A DNA stretch of 64,000 nucleotides from contig CP158636.1 in NCBI GenBank assembly GCA_050273025.1, positions 8,370,001-8,434,000 of the forward strand, read 5' to 3'. This document shows positions 49,548-63,500 of this stretch, piece after piece. The notes below the pieces were generated by a model. The model was not told the DNA's origin and made no database searches. It was given only the letters and a program-made list of their open reading frames with translations. A program made the position numbers and the translations under genes. The stretch is from Cenococcum geophilum (lineage: Eukaryota). Positions within the stretch are counted from its first letter, which is position 1. Each line of letters opens with the position of its first letter.

Positions 49548-51326
49548 AGTCCACCGTAGTATTTCCTATAAGGCTTCATTATACCTAGATCTCTATCTAA
49601 CTCTATTAAATGCTTACCTATTTAGCGGCAAATAGGTAATAATTACGGCAGTAATAATAAGCTCTGCTGTTTAATCTAAAAGCACTTCCCCTCCTAGTTA
49701 GCTACTTAATACCAAATTTAATATATAGGCTATATAATTAACCTCGCTATTTAAGTCTTCCTTTTCTATAAAGATAAAGAAGCCGCTAAGATTATAGTTT
49801 AGGTAGCTAAATAACTTTAACGCAAAGAGTAACTAGTAAATATCCGGTCGGAAAATAAGTATAATTAAGACGAAGCTATATAGGCCAAATGGCGAGAAAT
49901 AGGAGCCCTTAGCAAAATCTATAATATCGCTGTGTGGCTAAGGCGTTTAATAAAGCAATATTAAGCCTTCCTGGCGCTTGCTAAGAAGATACTTTCTTAT
50001 AATAATAATACAAGGTGGAACTTATGGCTTACTATACTTGAGTTAGCTATTACGCTTAAAAACGGTATTTGTGTCTTTATTGACAAAAACTAGGACTCTA
50101 TATAGAAGAATAACCTTAGTCGCGATAAATGGGACACCGTCCGCGAGACTATTGCTATCTTAGGGCCTTTTAAGGATATAATAAAGTCCTTAGAAGGCGA
50201 CTTAATAACTCTAAATAAGGTTCTGCGGAGTATAGATTTCCTTATTAAATATATTAAAAGCAAGTAGGAGGAATACGCTGCTGACATAAACCTCTCGGCA
50301 TCGCTTTTAACTATATAGTTTGCTTTTAATAAGTATTATAAGCTAACTAATAAGACTCCTACCTACGCCTCTACGCTTCTTCTTAATCTAACGCTTTGAA
50401 AGAGATATCTAGATAATCACTAGTAGGCGTTAGAGGAGCGAGATCTAGGTATAATTAAGTGAGTAATTAAGACAGCACAGAGCCTTTAGAAGAAAGAGTA
50501 TAAATATAAGCTAGTTAACGGTAAGTAAGTTTAGCAAACTAATCTAAATCTTATTAAGAATATATATAAGAGATAGAAGTATAAAAAGCAGCTAAAGCGA
50601 GCCTCTACTAATGATAAATTTAAGCGCTTTATTATAGTAAGTTAGACCTCCCTTTTGCAACACCTTCCTACTATTCGCGATAGCTAATATTACTAGCTTT
50701 TAGCAGGCAACTCCTCTAGCTTTAATTGCCAACTCCTCCCTTAGCTAGTGGCTTAAGCCTTCGCAACAAAAACTCTAACTAAGGCTCTTACGCATAGCTA
50801 TTAATATCCTCTCTATACCTACTATATTGGCTAAATCTAAGCGGGTTTTTTCCGGTGCACGTTAAATAATACTATAGTAACGCTTGAGGCTTAAAGTAGG
50901 GGTAGTGGAATAAATAGAGTGCTTAAAGAGCTAGATCCGTTAAGTTATAAAGGTAAATAGCTTTATAACAACTAACGTAGCCGCTAAGGTATTAGGTATT
51001 AAAGGACTGGATAAAGTAGAAGGCAATACGGCTAAAAACCTAATTAAGTTGTTAGAGGATAAATAGGAGTATAACTAATACTAAAAGTTTATCACCGACT
51101 TCCTCTTTTAGAAGTCTAGTAGGCGCGGTAGTAATTAGCAGTAAGTAGAGACTTCCGCAGGCTTTTATCCTATACTTAAGCGCTCCTACTAACCCCCCCT
51201 AATATATTAGGTAATCATTATATAATAGTTATAATCTATATAATATAATCGAAATTAAAGGCCTTAATTATCAGATAATTAAAATCTAGGTATTAATTAT
51301 AATTATATCAATTATTAAGACCCCTA
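49548..51326 (+). mobile_element. hAT (Restless/Tfo1-like) DNA transposon, 3' part with transposase pseudogene and probable right TIR
   Basis: GNNYGSNNK (DNxSNND-like), IGYIINLAI (CxxHxxNL-like), NNNTRWNLW ~50001 (DNDTRWNSW) and dimerisation domain RIAINILSIPTILAKSKRVFSGAR ~50790-50862. It ends ...AAGACCCCTA after repetitive subterminal DNA. Confidence 0.85.
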
Positions 51327-51430
51327 CTCTTTCCTATTTCCTATACCTTTCTTATATATATATAGAGGCCCTAGAGCTATGTTTAATAGATAAAGTCCTT
51401 ATTTTTTTAATATTCCGATTAATAGTTATA
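51327..51430 (+). repeat. Possible 3' half of an LTR (F) related to the solo LTR at 19381
   Basis: Shares CTTATATATATAGAG..CTAGAGCTA and a GTTA(C/T)A end with 19515-19612. Confidence 0.45.
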
Positions 51431-51528
51431 AGCCCGGGTTGGTATATTACCCCTATTTAACTAACTAATTTAAATTAATCGATTTGATTAATTATACCCC
51501 GTATTAAATTACTATATATTACTAAATC

Positions 51529-54500
51529 TGTAAGGGATATTATTGCGGACACCTTGGGTTGCCCTTAGGACAACCCCCAGACGCCCCTTAGATAGTCGCC
51601 GGTTACATACCAAAGGCACATGCCCGTAGTATATAGTCTCTATAATCCTAAAGGCCTTACCTCCTTAAGGATTTATCTCTCTCACTAATCTATTCTATTC
51701 TAATTATATTCTTATAGCCCCCTGTCTATAAGATCCCCTTATATTTAAATCCTTCTTACTCTTTTTTAGAAGGGTAGTCGGCTTTAAGGACTAGATTATT
51801 TATTTATATCTTTTATTAATAACTACTATCCTCCCTTAAAATCTCGCGATAACCCAAACGGAAACTCCACGGATACCTTATAGAAAGCTATCGCGTAAAG
51901 GCAGGAAGGTCCCTCTAATAGCGAGAGATTGCGATAATATAACCCTTTAGGTAAAACGGCTGAATAAGCCCTAATACCTAGATGCTCTAGGAGCTTAAAG
52001 ACTCTTATATATTTATAGTTACTGCTAAAGAAAACGCAGACACCCTTTATAACGGTTATAACGCTACTAAAAAGCAACCGGAACCCCTCTAGCCCTACCT
52101 AGGCTAATTAAAAGATTAAGCGCTAGAGGCGACTTTAAGATCTTCCCCTAAGCTAGAAATGCCAGAGGAATATACTAATATATCCGACCAGGGAACCAAC
52201 CAAAACCCTCCCAGAAGACCACTAGCCTATAATTAGCATAGTAGCGGTATATAGACTGCTTATAAGCTAAGCGGGCCTACCCCTTTAGGTAATCTAAGCT
52301 AATTACTAACTTAGGACCCGAGCCTTATTAGGAAGCCTATACTAGCTACTAGTACTAATACTACCTTTATAGTAGGAGCCTCCCCGGGCCTAAGTTTAGA
52401 AGGTTAAGAGCCCTATATCAATCTCCTTTAAGATAGATATTAGGAAGCTGTTGTAAGGCTCTTAGAAGCTATATAGGAGAAAGCTACTAATAAATATATT
52501 AAAACCCTCTAAGGGCAAATTTAGATTTAGTAGGGTCTAATCTAAGCTAGGTAAATTCTTTTATAACCTAGTTAAGGCTAAGGGCTTCCTAGGAGCTACT
52601 TATATCACAGAACCCCACCGCAGGGGCCTCCATAGGAGAGCCCCGTGCTCTCGCGTACACCTCGCGTACAGCTTATGTCAGCTACGCGTAGGTATATCAC
52701 CTCCTTACGCCCTCGACCCTTACGATCAATCGCGCAACGTCTTATAGACTCCTTAAATACATACGTCTTATAGCCACTACCCCGTCCCATAACATTACGT
52801 TACGCCTTTTTACTACCAACACCCAGCCTATAACCAATTCTACATCTCTACAATACTACAGGCGCTGCCAGAAGCAGCATACCTACGAGTTACCTTACTT
52901 TATACTTCTAAGGAACCTATAATAGTAAGACAATATTCCTTACTAACCACTATATTAAACCCAAAGAATAATCTAATACCTATACTTAACCTACAACGCC
53001 AATTAATCCCAGGAGAATTCAATTTATTAGCCCTAGCCTTAACCCCTAAGGAGATAGACACCAATAATATCTTATCTTTTATTAATTATATAACTACAGA
53101 CAAGCAAGCGGAAGGGCTACTACCTATTAAAATCGAAATATAAGACGCTAAGACGTTTATAAAAATAGTAACACAAGAACCCAACAAATACTACCGCCTT
53201 CTATAAAACTACTACCTAAAGCTTATATAAGCTAAGATGCGTACTACCTAAGATCGCGATATTATCTAAGACCTATAAGCTCGCGAGGCGCTCGCCAATA
53301 ACACGCGTTAAGAAACCAAAGACGACCTCCACGTGTCTAAACGCGACGTCTAATAGTTAAAGAAGGCTAAGATCACACTTATTACTACAGTTACTAAAAG
53401 AAAAGGCATAATTAAATACCTATAATCTTAGCTTAATAAGCACATTTATAATAACGCTAGACACCTCTTTACTGCATATAACGCCACTTAAGTCTCTACG
53501 CCCCCGGCAACTTTACCTACTTAACGCTTAATAGAGGGTTAGTGCTAAGCAGCCTCACCTAACGGGAACCCCTATTAAAGCAATAATAAAAGCTATAACA
53601 ACTAAACCTAAGCTGCTACCGCAAAGTCTAATATACGTTACCCTAATCCCCTAGTTTTCTAGAGAAACCGCAAAAAATACAGCCACTAGAAGATATAAAT
53701 CCGCAAGAAACTAACTTAAAGCGCCTACCTTTTTCCTACAGAAGACATTAAGATTAGCTATATTATCGGGCAAATAAAGGGTACACTATTTAACAGACTC
53801 TTCGCCTAATAGGAGACTAATAGCCCCTAAAAGTAGCAGTCCTACTAAGAAGTCCTTAACAATCTCAACCTAATATACTGTAACCATAACCTACTAGCCA
53901 CCAACCAAGCTAAACTACGTGCCCTAAAGATAAGCCCTACCAAATTATTTAATAAGTTCTATATTAAATTCCAGGAATATACCAGAGCCCTCGCCTAAGA
54001 CAATACTAAAGACCAAAAAGATCTCCTTAAAAAAGTCACTTATTGCCTTAGTCACGCAGCCGCCAGCCACAACTATAATAATATTTATAATATAGTAGCA
54101 GCTATATAGAAGATTAAATAACAACTAAATTAGATCACTACTACAAACCCTTACCCAAAGACCTCCCTATAGAAGCCCTCCGGACCTATTAAACCACTAA
54201 CGCCTACTATCCTAAGCAACACTACTGGTCCTAATATTAACCTTTCTATACTAACCTTCCCGTAAAAGCTACTAGACGGAAAACGCAAGCTACTCTAAAA
54301 GCTAAAGTATTGCTATAGATGTCATTAAAAAGGCTATTATAGCTATAGCCTAAACTGCCTAATAGCTAGGTTTAGCAGCTGCCGCCTAACACCTAACCTA
54401 GTACCTTAAACACCAAATATATCGCTATATACCACTACCATATAAGACAAAGACGTAGTAATAGCGGTAGAGTCGGATACGAAAACAGAAAACACCAAGT

Positions 54501-57500
54501 CCCAGCCCTAAGTCATAGATTAGGACGCCCTAATAATAAGGGGATCTACATATCGGCCTGCTTAATAAATAACTTAGTAAAGATAAATAAACGGAAATAG
54601 ATAGTTTTACCCGTAATAGAAACTACTGCTAAAAAATAATATAAAAGCCGTTCTATAATTAATTATAAAGCTACTAATAAATTTATAGATACCTAATTCG
54701 TGCGTACTTATAACTTACCTAACTTACCCCTTACCAAAGCCCGCGCCCTATAACTCACCAATAGTAGTTATACCGCACAAAAGATTACCTATATAGTATA
54801 ACTCCACCTAGATATAAATAGGCACCAGAAAGAACTCTAGGCCTATATTACACCACTTACTAACTACCCTATTATCCTTAGAATAAACTAGCTTAAATAA
54901 TACAACCCCGCCATTAACTAGAAAAAAAAAAGTAACCTTTAACTCTAAATACTATAGAGAGACCTACCTAAGACATAGCCTAGCCGCCTCTATCTACTCC
55001 CTAGGATACCAACCTAAGGAACCCCTTATTACCCTACCCACAACGAACTACTACCACATAAATGCCGCGGCCTTCTACCGCATAGCATATAGAAAAGGCT
55101 AGACCGTTACCGCAGCCTCCTAATTATAACTATATAAGCTTAATAAAGAATAAGACTACGTCCTCTATAGTAATAGGATAGATATAGTCAACCTTCTAGA
55201 AAATAATGCCCCCGTAAAACTCTACGGACTTTCACCTTTAGACTTTAAAAAGTTTATAAAGCTTAAAAAAGGACTTACTAATAAGAAACTCCGCAAGCTC
55301 CTCCCTAAAAGGTACTATAACTTTATTAACATATACTCACAAAAAAGCGTAGATATACTCCCCCTATATTAACCTAATAACTATATCATTAATATTAAAT
55401 AAGGAAAAACGCCACCCTATAAAAGACTCTACCTAATATCAAAAGACAAACTTCTAGTTATTAAAAAGTATATCAACGAACACCTTAATAAAGGGTTTAT
55501 TCGCCCCAGCATATCCCCAGCAGCCGCCCCTATCCTCCTTACTAAGAAGCTAAAAGGAGGTATTTAATTCTACGTTAACTATAGAGGACTTAACGCTATC
55601 ACAATTAAGAACCAATACCCCGTACCACTTATACGTAAGACTCTTAAGCGGCTTAGCTAAGCCAAAATCTATACCAAGCTTAATATTATTGCCGCCTTTA
55701 ACCGCCTTTAAATACGAGAAGGTAATAAATAGAAAACCGCATTCGTATTGCGCTTTAGCCAATTCGAATATACTATTATACCCTTTAGCGTATATAACGG
55801 CCCAGGCAGTTTCTAAAGCTATATTAATAACGCCTTACGGGACTACCTTAATAACTTCTGCTCTACGTACCTAGACAATATACTTATTTATAGTAATAAC
55901 CCTTCTAAGCATACCAAGCACGTTTAAAAGGTCCTATAGCGCCTTAGGGACATAGGACTTTATATTAATTTAAAAAAGTATAAATTCTTAGTTATAGAAG
56001 TAAAATACCTTAAACTAATCGTTACTACTAAGGGTGTCCGTATAGACCCTAAGAAGGTACGCATAATTACCAAATAGCAAACCCCTAACTGCATTAAAGA
56101 CGTATAAGCTTTCCTCAGTTTCACCAACTTCTATCAAAAATTTATATATAACTTCTCGGGTATTATAGCACTACTTATAGCAATAATGCGAATAAAGGGC
56201 CTTTCCGCGAAAGGAAGAAAAATATATCTATATTTTATCTAGACGCCTAAATATAAAAAGGCGTTCTAAGACCTTAAAGATACTTTTACCAAAGCACCCA
56301 TCCTAGCTTACTTTATACCAGGACAACAACTCTATCTTAAGACTAACTCCTTAGACCACGTTAACGCAGGCGTCCTTTCCCAGATAGGCAATAACAGTCT
56401 CCTCCACCTAGTCGCATTCTATTCGTCTAAGCTTACACTATAAGAATATAACTACGAGATCTATAATAATGAACTTCTCGCAATTATATAAGCGTTTAAG
56501 AAATTCTAATTAGAACTCTCCTTAGCAGAACCTAACTAGCCAACTAAAGTCCTTACGGATTATCGTAACCTTAAGTACTTTATAACTATAAAATAGCTAA
56601 ACCAACGCCAAGTACGCTAGAACGAGTTCCTCTTTAGTTTTAACTTTAAAATTATATATAGGCCAGGAGTATAAGGTACTAAGCCTAATAGCCTAATACG
56701 CCGCTTATAAGACCTTCCTTAGTCTAAAGATAACCCTTATAACTAGTTCCAACAATAGATAATCCTAAAAGCACAGAATTTGGCCCTAGGTATACTACCT
56801 ACAATAGAGCCAACTATACCTTAGCTCCACACTATAGAACTAAAATCACCTCCCGAAATTAATAAGCTTATCACCACGGTATATAACACCTCTATTAACC
56901 CATTACTATATTAACTTATTACCGTAAAGACCGCTAGCGCCTATACGCTACTAACTAAACTCTAAAGCTTAGGCCAGATTAATATAGCAGCCTTAGAAGT
57001 AAAAGAGAACAGGCTCTATTATAGAGGCCGTCTATTTATCCCTAACTTAAAAAATCTACAACGGCAACTAATCTAAATAGCCTACAACCTTCAATCAAGC
57101 GGCCATCTAGGCAGAGGAGGAACCTATAAGCTTCTTAGCCGATACTACTTCTGGCCTAAAATAATAGACTTAGTTAAACACTTTATAGGCACCTACCACG
57201 GTTATAAGCGCGCTAAGGCCTTTAATATAAAGTACTAAGGACTACTGCACCCTCTACTAGTACCTATACGATAATAGGCAGATATCGCCATAGATTTTGT
57301 TGTTAACCTACCACCCTATAAGCGATATAGCCGTACCTATAAGAACATCCTTATAATAATATACTAACTTATAAAAGAGCGCCACTACGTCCTAACCGAA
57401 GGCGTAGCCGTCAGCAACGTTACTAACGCCTTCCTTTACAAAATTTACCGATTATATAGGTTACCTAACTTAATTACGTCCAACTAAGGTATATAGTTTA

Positions 57501-60500
57501 GCTCTAATATATAGAGACGAATCTACCAACGCCTTAGCATCTCTGTTAAGATATCTATATCCTTCTACTATAAAACTACTAGGCAACCGGAAAACGCTAA
57601 TGCTAGCATAAAAGCGTACCTATAATAGGTAGTCACCTATAGTTAAGATAACTAGGTAGATTACCTCCTACTAGGTAAATTCGCAGCGAATAACTACGTC
57701 TTAACTACTACAGGACTTACCCCATTCTTCGCAAATAAGGGATATCACCCCTAATCCGGCATAAAACCACCAGAACCTATTAATAAGAAACTGCCATATA
57801 AAAAACACCTTAAGATGCTACTTACCAACCAGCATATAAACCGTATAAAAAATCTACTTAACTACTATAAGGGAGAAATGGCCTAGGCTCAAGCAAAGTA
57901 GGCCTACTTCGCTAACCGTTATAAAACACTACTACCAGAGATACGTATTAGCGACTAGGTATAGCTAGATATACGTAATATCTCTATACAGAGGCCTATA
58001 AAGTCACTTAATTATAAGAACCTTAGCCCCTACCTAATTAAATAAGTTATTAACAGGGGAGCCGTATACAAGCTAGAGCTCCCGCCTGCCCTAGCCACCC
58101 ACAGGATATAGCCTGTATTTCACCTATAGCTACTACACCTTTACCAGCCTAACCCCTTACCGGGGCAGACATAGCCTAAACCCCTATTAGTACTAATCCA
58201 AGATAAGAACAAAGACGAGAACCATAAGGAGTGGACCATTAAATGAATTATTAACTCTAAATACTTTAGCAAAGGCAGAGGACGATGGCTCTACTACAGA
58301 GCTATATACACAGAATTCGATATAAATTAGCCAGAATGGTAACCATAGGAAGACTTTAAAAATGCAAAGGATCTAATTAGCGACTTTTACTACGTAAACC
58401 TATAGAAACCGGGCCTAAGCAGAGATTTTATACCTAATCCTCTATAGGAGCCCTTATAGAGTTAAACTATTATACATTACCATATAGGGGCAAATTACCA
58501 TTAGATTGCCATCAGATTATAGTAAAGTGCGATTACGTAACCAGAATATCGTTAAGATATCTAGGAACTTCAACCGGCGGTTAAAGTTATCTAATTAGTC
58601 GGATTCTTAGATGCCAAGCCTTATCACATAACGTTGTTTTAAGCCTTTAGTAATACCCCCCTTTCTTCTTTTCTATACCCTAAGTGTCCCTTTTATATAT
58701 ATATAGTAACCACAGCGTCGCCGGAGCTCCGCCTCTATAGGAGGGGGGGTAGTGTTACGGAACCCCACCGCAGGGGCCTCCATAGGAGAGCCCCGTGCTC
58801 TCGCGTACACCTCGCGTACAGCTTATGTCAGCTACGCGTAGGTATATCACCTCCTTACGCCCTCGGCCCTTACGATCGATCGCGCAACGTCTTGTAGACT
58901 CCTCAAATACATACGTCTTGTAGCTACTGCCCCGTCCCGTAACAACTTAGTACCTACCTAAAAAGGTATAGAAGACTTAGAGAGTTATCTACGCTATAAA
59001 TAGAAAAAGGATATAGACCGACTGGCTAAGGCCTTTAGTAGTTTAGAACTCCGCTATAGACCTAACGCCCAACAGTTAGACGATTGGGTTTATAAGGTAG
59101 ACAACTTCTTTAAGATGCTAATAATACGAGATAATACTAAAGAGCGTATACGCTAAATTATTAGTAAGATTAAAGACCAATTGCTAAACCAGATCGCACT
59201 TAATTAGCTTAATAAAGAGTAAATTACTATATAGCCATAGCTGTAAACCTTCCTAAAGAAATAGACTTAAGATCTATATATTATACAATATAATAATGCA
59301 GAGCTATTCTAGAATGGGACACAGCTGGACTGCTATAACTTCCGCCAGTTTATAAACTTTGTAGAAACTTATACTTAATAGATAGATCTAGAGCCCTTTA
59401 AAAATAAGGACGCCAAAAAAAGAAAAGCCCTAGTTACGGACCTTTCCTAGCTGTAACTAGGGCAAGATATAAAAGGAAAGACTCTCTATATTACTGTTAA
59501 GCTAGAAATAATACTCCCTATAGGTAAGGTATAATAGTTCTAAGCACTATATAACAGCGGCGCTGAAATTAATCTTATATAATATAATTTGGTAAAAGAG
59601 TATAAACTTATCCCATTATAAAGGTGGCGGAAACCTATTATAGGCTTCCTAGATAAGCATTGGATTAAGCTATATAGTGCCTATAAGCTTATAGTATTAG
59701 TAGCCGATATATATAACTGTACCAAGGTGGTTAGCCCGTAACCCTTCTAGGCGGCTAACTTCGTAGGTTATAACCTTATCCTTAGATACCCTTGGCTTAT
59801 AGAAGTAAATCCTAAGATATACTTTAAGATAGGAGCCTTTAAATAGTGGAATAATAAAGATTTAGAAGGGCGTATATTACTAATAAGCCTAAAGGATATC
59901 CTAGAGAATATAGCCCTAGGCAAAATAGTGTACGCTCTACACCTAAAGGAGTATCAGATCTAACCCCTATTTAATAGTAAGATGGGTATAAAGCCTAGTA
60001 TAGGTAATAACCCCTTTATAATGGAGACCCTACGGGGAACTACTAGATAGGTCGTAGAGATATTATAGGGAGGCGGCGATTTTAAGGATCTTATAAGATA
60101 CTTTAACTGCCACGGGTTACTCTGGCTTAAGTAATATGCGAATAGTATACTACGGCACCTTAAACACTGCATTAAGGAGTTCCCTACCCTCTATTAGCTA
60201 CCGCATAAAACGGTTTAACGTACGGTAGTAACTATATATAAGTAACCACTATAGCGCATAACGCTGCCCGTAAGTATCCTAAGGGAGCTCTAGGACCTAC
60301 CTAACGATAATATAGAGGATAAACGCGACCCTAATTTATTAAATATTCTAGTAGGCCTAAGGGACTTACTAAGGGTATTTTCGGGTAGGAGAGCTAAAGT
60401 CCTACCGTAGAACTTAGAGTATGATTATATAATTAATTTAGAAGAAGGTAAATAACCGCTAAACCTTCCTATCTATAACCTCTCGCGTAAAGAGCTTAAG

Positions 60501-63500
60501 ATCCTATGGGAGTACCTTAATAGCTTACTAGAAAAGGGATAGATCTAGCCTAATAAGTTGCCGTTAGGCGCGCCGGTTCTCTTTGTTCCGGAGCTAGGTA
60601 AAACTATAAGGCTATACGTAGACTATTGCGGTCTTAATAAGATTATAATTAAGAACTGTTACCCACTACTACTAGTTAGTAAAATGCTGGATTAACTATC
60701 TAGGGCGAAGATCTTTATAAAGTTAGATCTATAAGACGTCTATTATAGGCTCCGTATTAAAGAAGGGGATAAGTAAAAGACCGCTTTTAAGACCTAATAC
60801 GGCCACTTTAAGTATCTAGTGATGCCTTTCGGGCTAGCTAATGCGCCTACGACATTCTAATTATATATTTACAGAGCCTTAGGGGGACTAGTTAACCGCA
60901 CATGCGTTATCTATTTAGATAATATCTTAATCTACTTAGAAGATGAGGATTAACACGAGTAATATGTCCGCGAAGTGCTGGAATATTTAGATAATTAGGG
61001 CCTCTACGCCAAGGCGTTAAAGTATATCTTTAACACTAAGTAGGTTAAGTTCCTAGGTTATATTATAACGCCTATAGGTATAGTTATAGACCTAGTACGG
61101 GTGTAGATAATCTAGGAGTAGCCGGAGCTAGAGAGCTACTAGGATATTTAAGTGTTTCTAGGCTTTGCCAATTTCTATAGGCGCTTTATCTATAACTACT
61201 TGGACGTCGCCTAATACCTATCTAACTATATTATAGAAGCTTCCTAAGACCTAACCTAAGGAGTAAAAAGCTTAAAGGCGGTAAGGAAGAAAACTAAGAA
61301 GGGACTAACCAAATAGTATAAGCCATGGCTATGGCCTAGAAAGGTTTAGAAGGCCTTTTAGAAACTTTACGCAAAGTTTACGGAAGCTCTATTACTATGG
61401 CATTTTAACCTAGATTAGCCATTAATAATAATTACTAATGCATTAAATTTTGCCCTTGTTGGTATCCTGCTATAACCTAATAGGTATCCGGACGTTACCT
61501 AGCTCTATTAGAGACTAGTAGCATTTTATAGCAGAAAATTCCAGAGACCTAAAGTTAGGTATTATACCCACGATAAGGAACTGCTGGCTATAGTTAACTA
61601 CTTTAAACAGTGGCGATACTACCTTAAGTACGCGAGCTATACCACTTATGTACTCTTAGATTACTATAATCTACGCTACTTTATAACTATAAAGGAGCTT
61701 ACACCTTAATAAGCCAGATAGGTAGAGGAGCTTATATAATTTAATTTTAAGATTAAATATAAGCTAGGGGAAAATAACCCTACTAATAGACCGTTACGAC
61801 GGCTAGACTATGCTAAAGGCTTTAAAACGGGAGAAGGAAAACAAATAATAGATATTTTACTCCCTATATTGCAGAACAAGCTCTAGGTATAGGATACTTA
61901 AGTACTTATAGCTCTATACACCGAGTCTTAGGTAGTATAAGCCCTATCGGTTTCTACTAATGTTTTAGCTAGTACCTAGTCCGTTACTAATGAGGGTCCG
62001 AATATACCTAGATAGGACGTCCCTAATACATTCTTAGAACCTAGTAATATACTATCCCTAATTACTAAGCTATCCCCTTAAACTAATAGCAAAGCTATAG
62101 AGCAATCGGAACTCGGAGCCCTGTAATAACTAAAGGACTTTAACCTTATAGCGGCCTTCCTAACGTATACGTATTAAAGAGTTATAAGATTTATAGTACC
62201 ATCTAGTCTTATATTTAGAGCAGTATAAAATAAAATAGCTTTTACCCGGGAACTATCCGAAAGGTTAATAGATCTCATCCATAAGGTGCAACGGAGGGAC
62301 ACTTTCTATACTATCCTTAATATAGAAGTAGACCGGAAATGTAACGGAAAGGAAGCTGCTAGGCGCCACTATTAGGAACTAGACCCAATAGGCCTACTAC
62401 GTAGAGGTGGCAAGATTTAGGTGCTATAAGAAGTAAATCTACAACAGAAGATTCTTATAAAGAATTATAATAATCCTCTAGGCGGCTACTATGGTTAAGC
62501 AAAAACAGTAGAATTACTTTAACGCAAATACTATTGGCTAAGGCTTAATTAGGAAGCAAAGGAGTACATTAGCTATTGTAAAAAGTGTTAAGTATATAAG
62601 ATCCGCAGGTATAAGCTATAGGGTCTACTTAAATTAGTTCCCCCTGCTAGTAAGCTATAGCGATATTACGCTATAGACTTTATTATAGATCTCCTACTAT
62701 CTAAAGATAGCTAAGGACGGATATACGATTTAGTCCTTATACTTATTAATAGGTTTTTAAAGTACGTCCAATACCTTCCCGTTAATAAGATAATTAACGC
62801 ATAAGAGCTTGCTAACCTAATTAAGGAGAAATGCTTTCTTAAAGTAGATTAGCCGCACTCTATTATTACTAATAGGGGCAGCGTCTTTATAAGTTAGTAC
62901 TGGTTAAATCTATGCTTCCATTTAAAGATAGACTACTATTATAGTATGGCTTTCTACCCGTAGACGAATGGGTAAACGGAACGCTAGAACTAGGAACTGG
63001 AGTCTTACCTACGGATATATTTAAACTACTAGCAAGATAACTAGTGCGAGCTACTTCCGTACGCGGAGTACGCTTATAATTTAAAGTAACACGTATTATA
63101 TAAGTATGCACCAATCCAGATTGCCTATAGCGTCTAACTATTTGGATTTAATAGTATACCCAACGATTACTGGCTAAGGCCGTATAATTAGTTATAGGAT
63201 CCTACCGGGAAGTCTAAGGATATCCACTAAAGAGTATAAGGATACCTCTAGGAATAGGAGGAGTAATAGAAGTATGTAAAGTAGAGCCTATAAGATGCCT
63301 AAGAGTAGTAGAGACTTTAGTATAACCGCAAGCACTAGGACAAGTATTTTGGAGTAGGCAATAAGGTTCTATTACATTTAACGAATATTAAAACCCGTTG
63401 ACTATTAAAGAAGCTTAATGCAAGATACCTAGGTCCCTTTTAAGTTAAGGAACGAATTAGTAAGCTAGCCTATTGTCTCCAGCTACCCCTATTTATGGCC

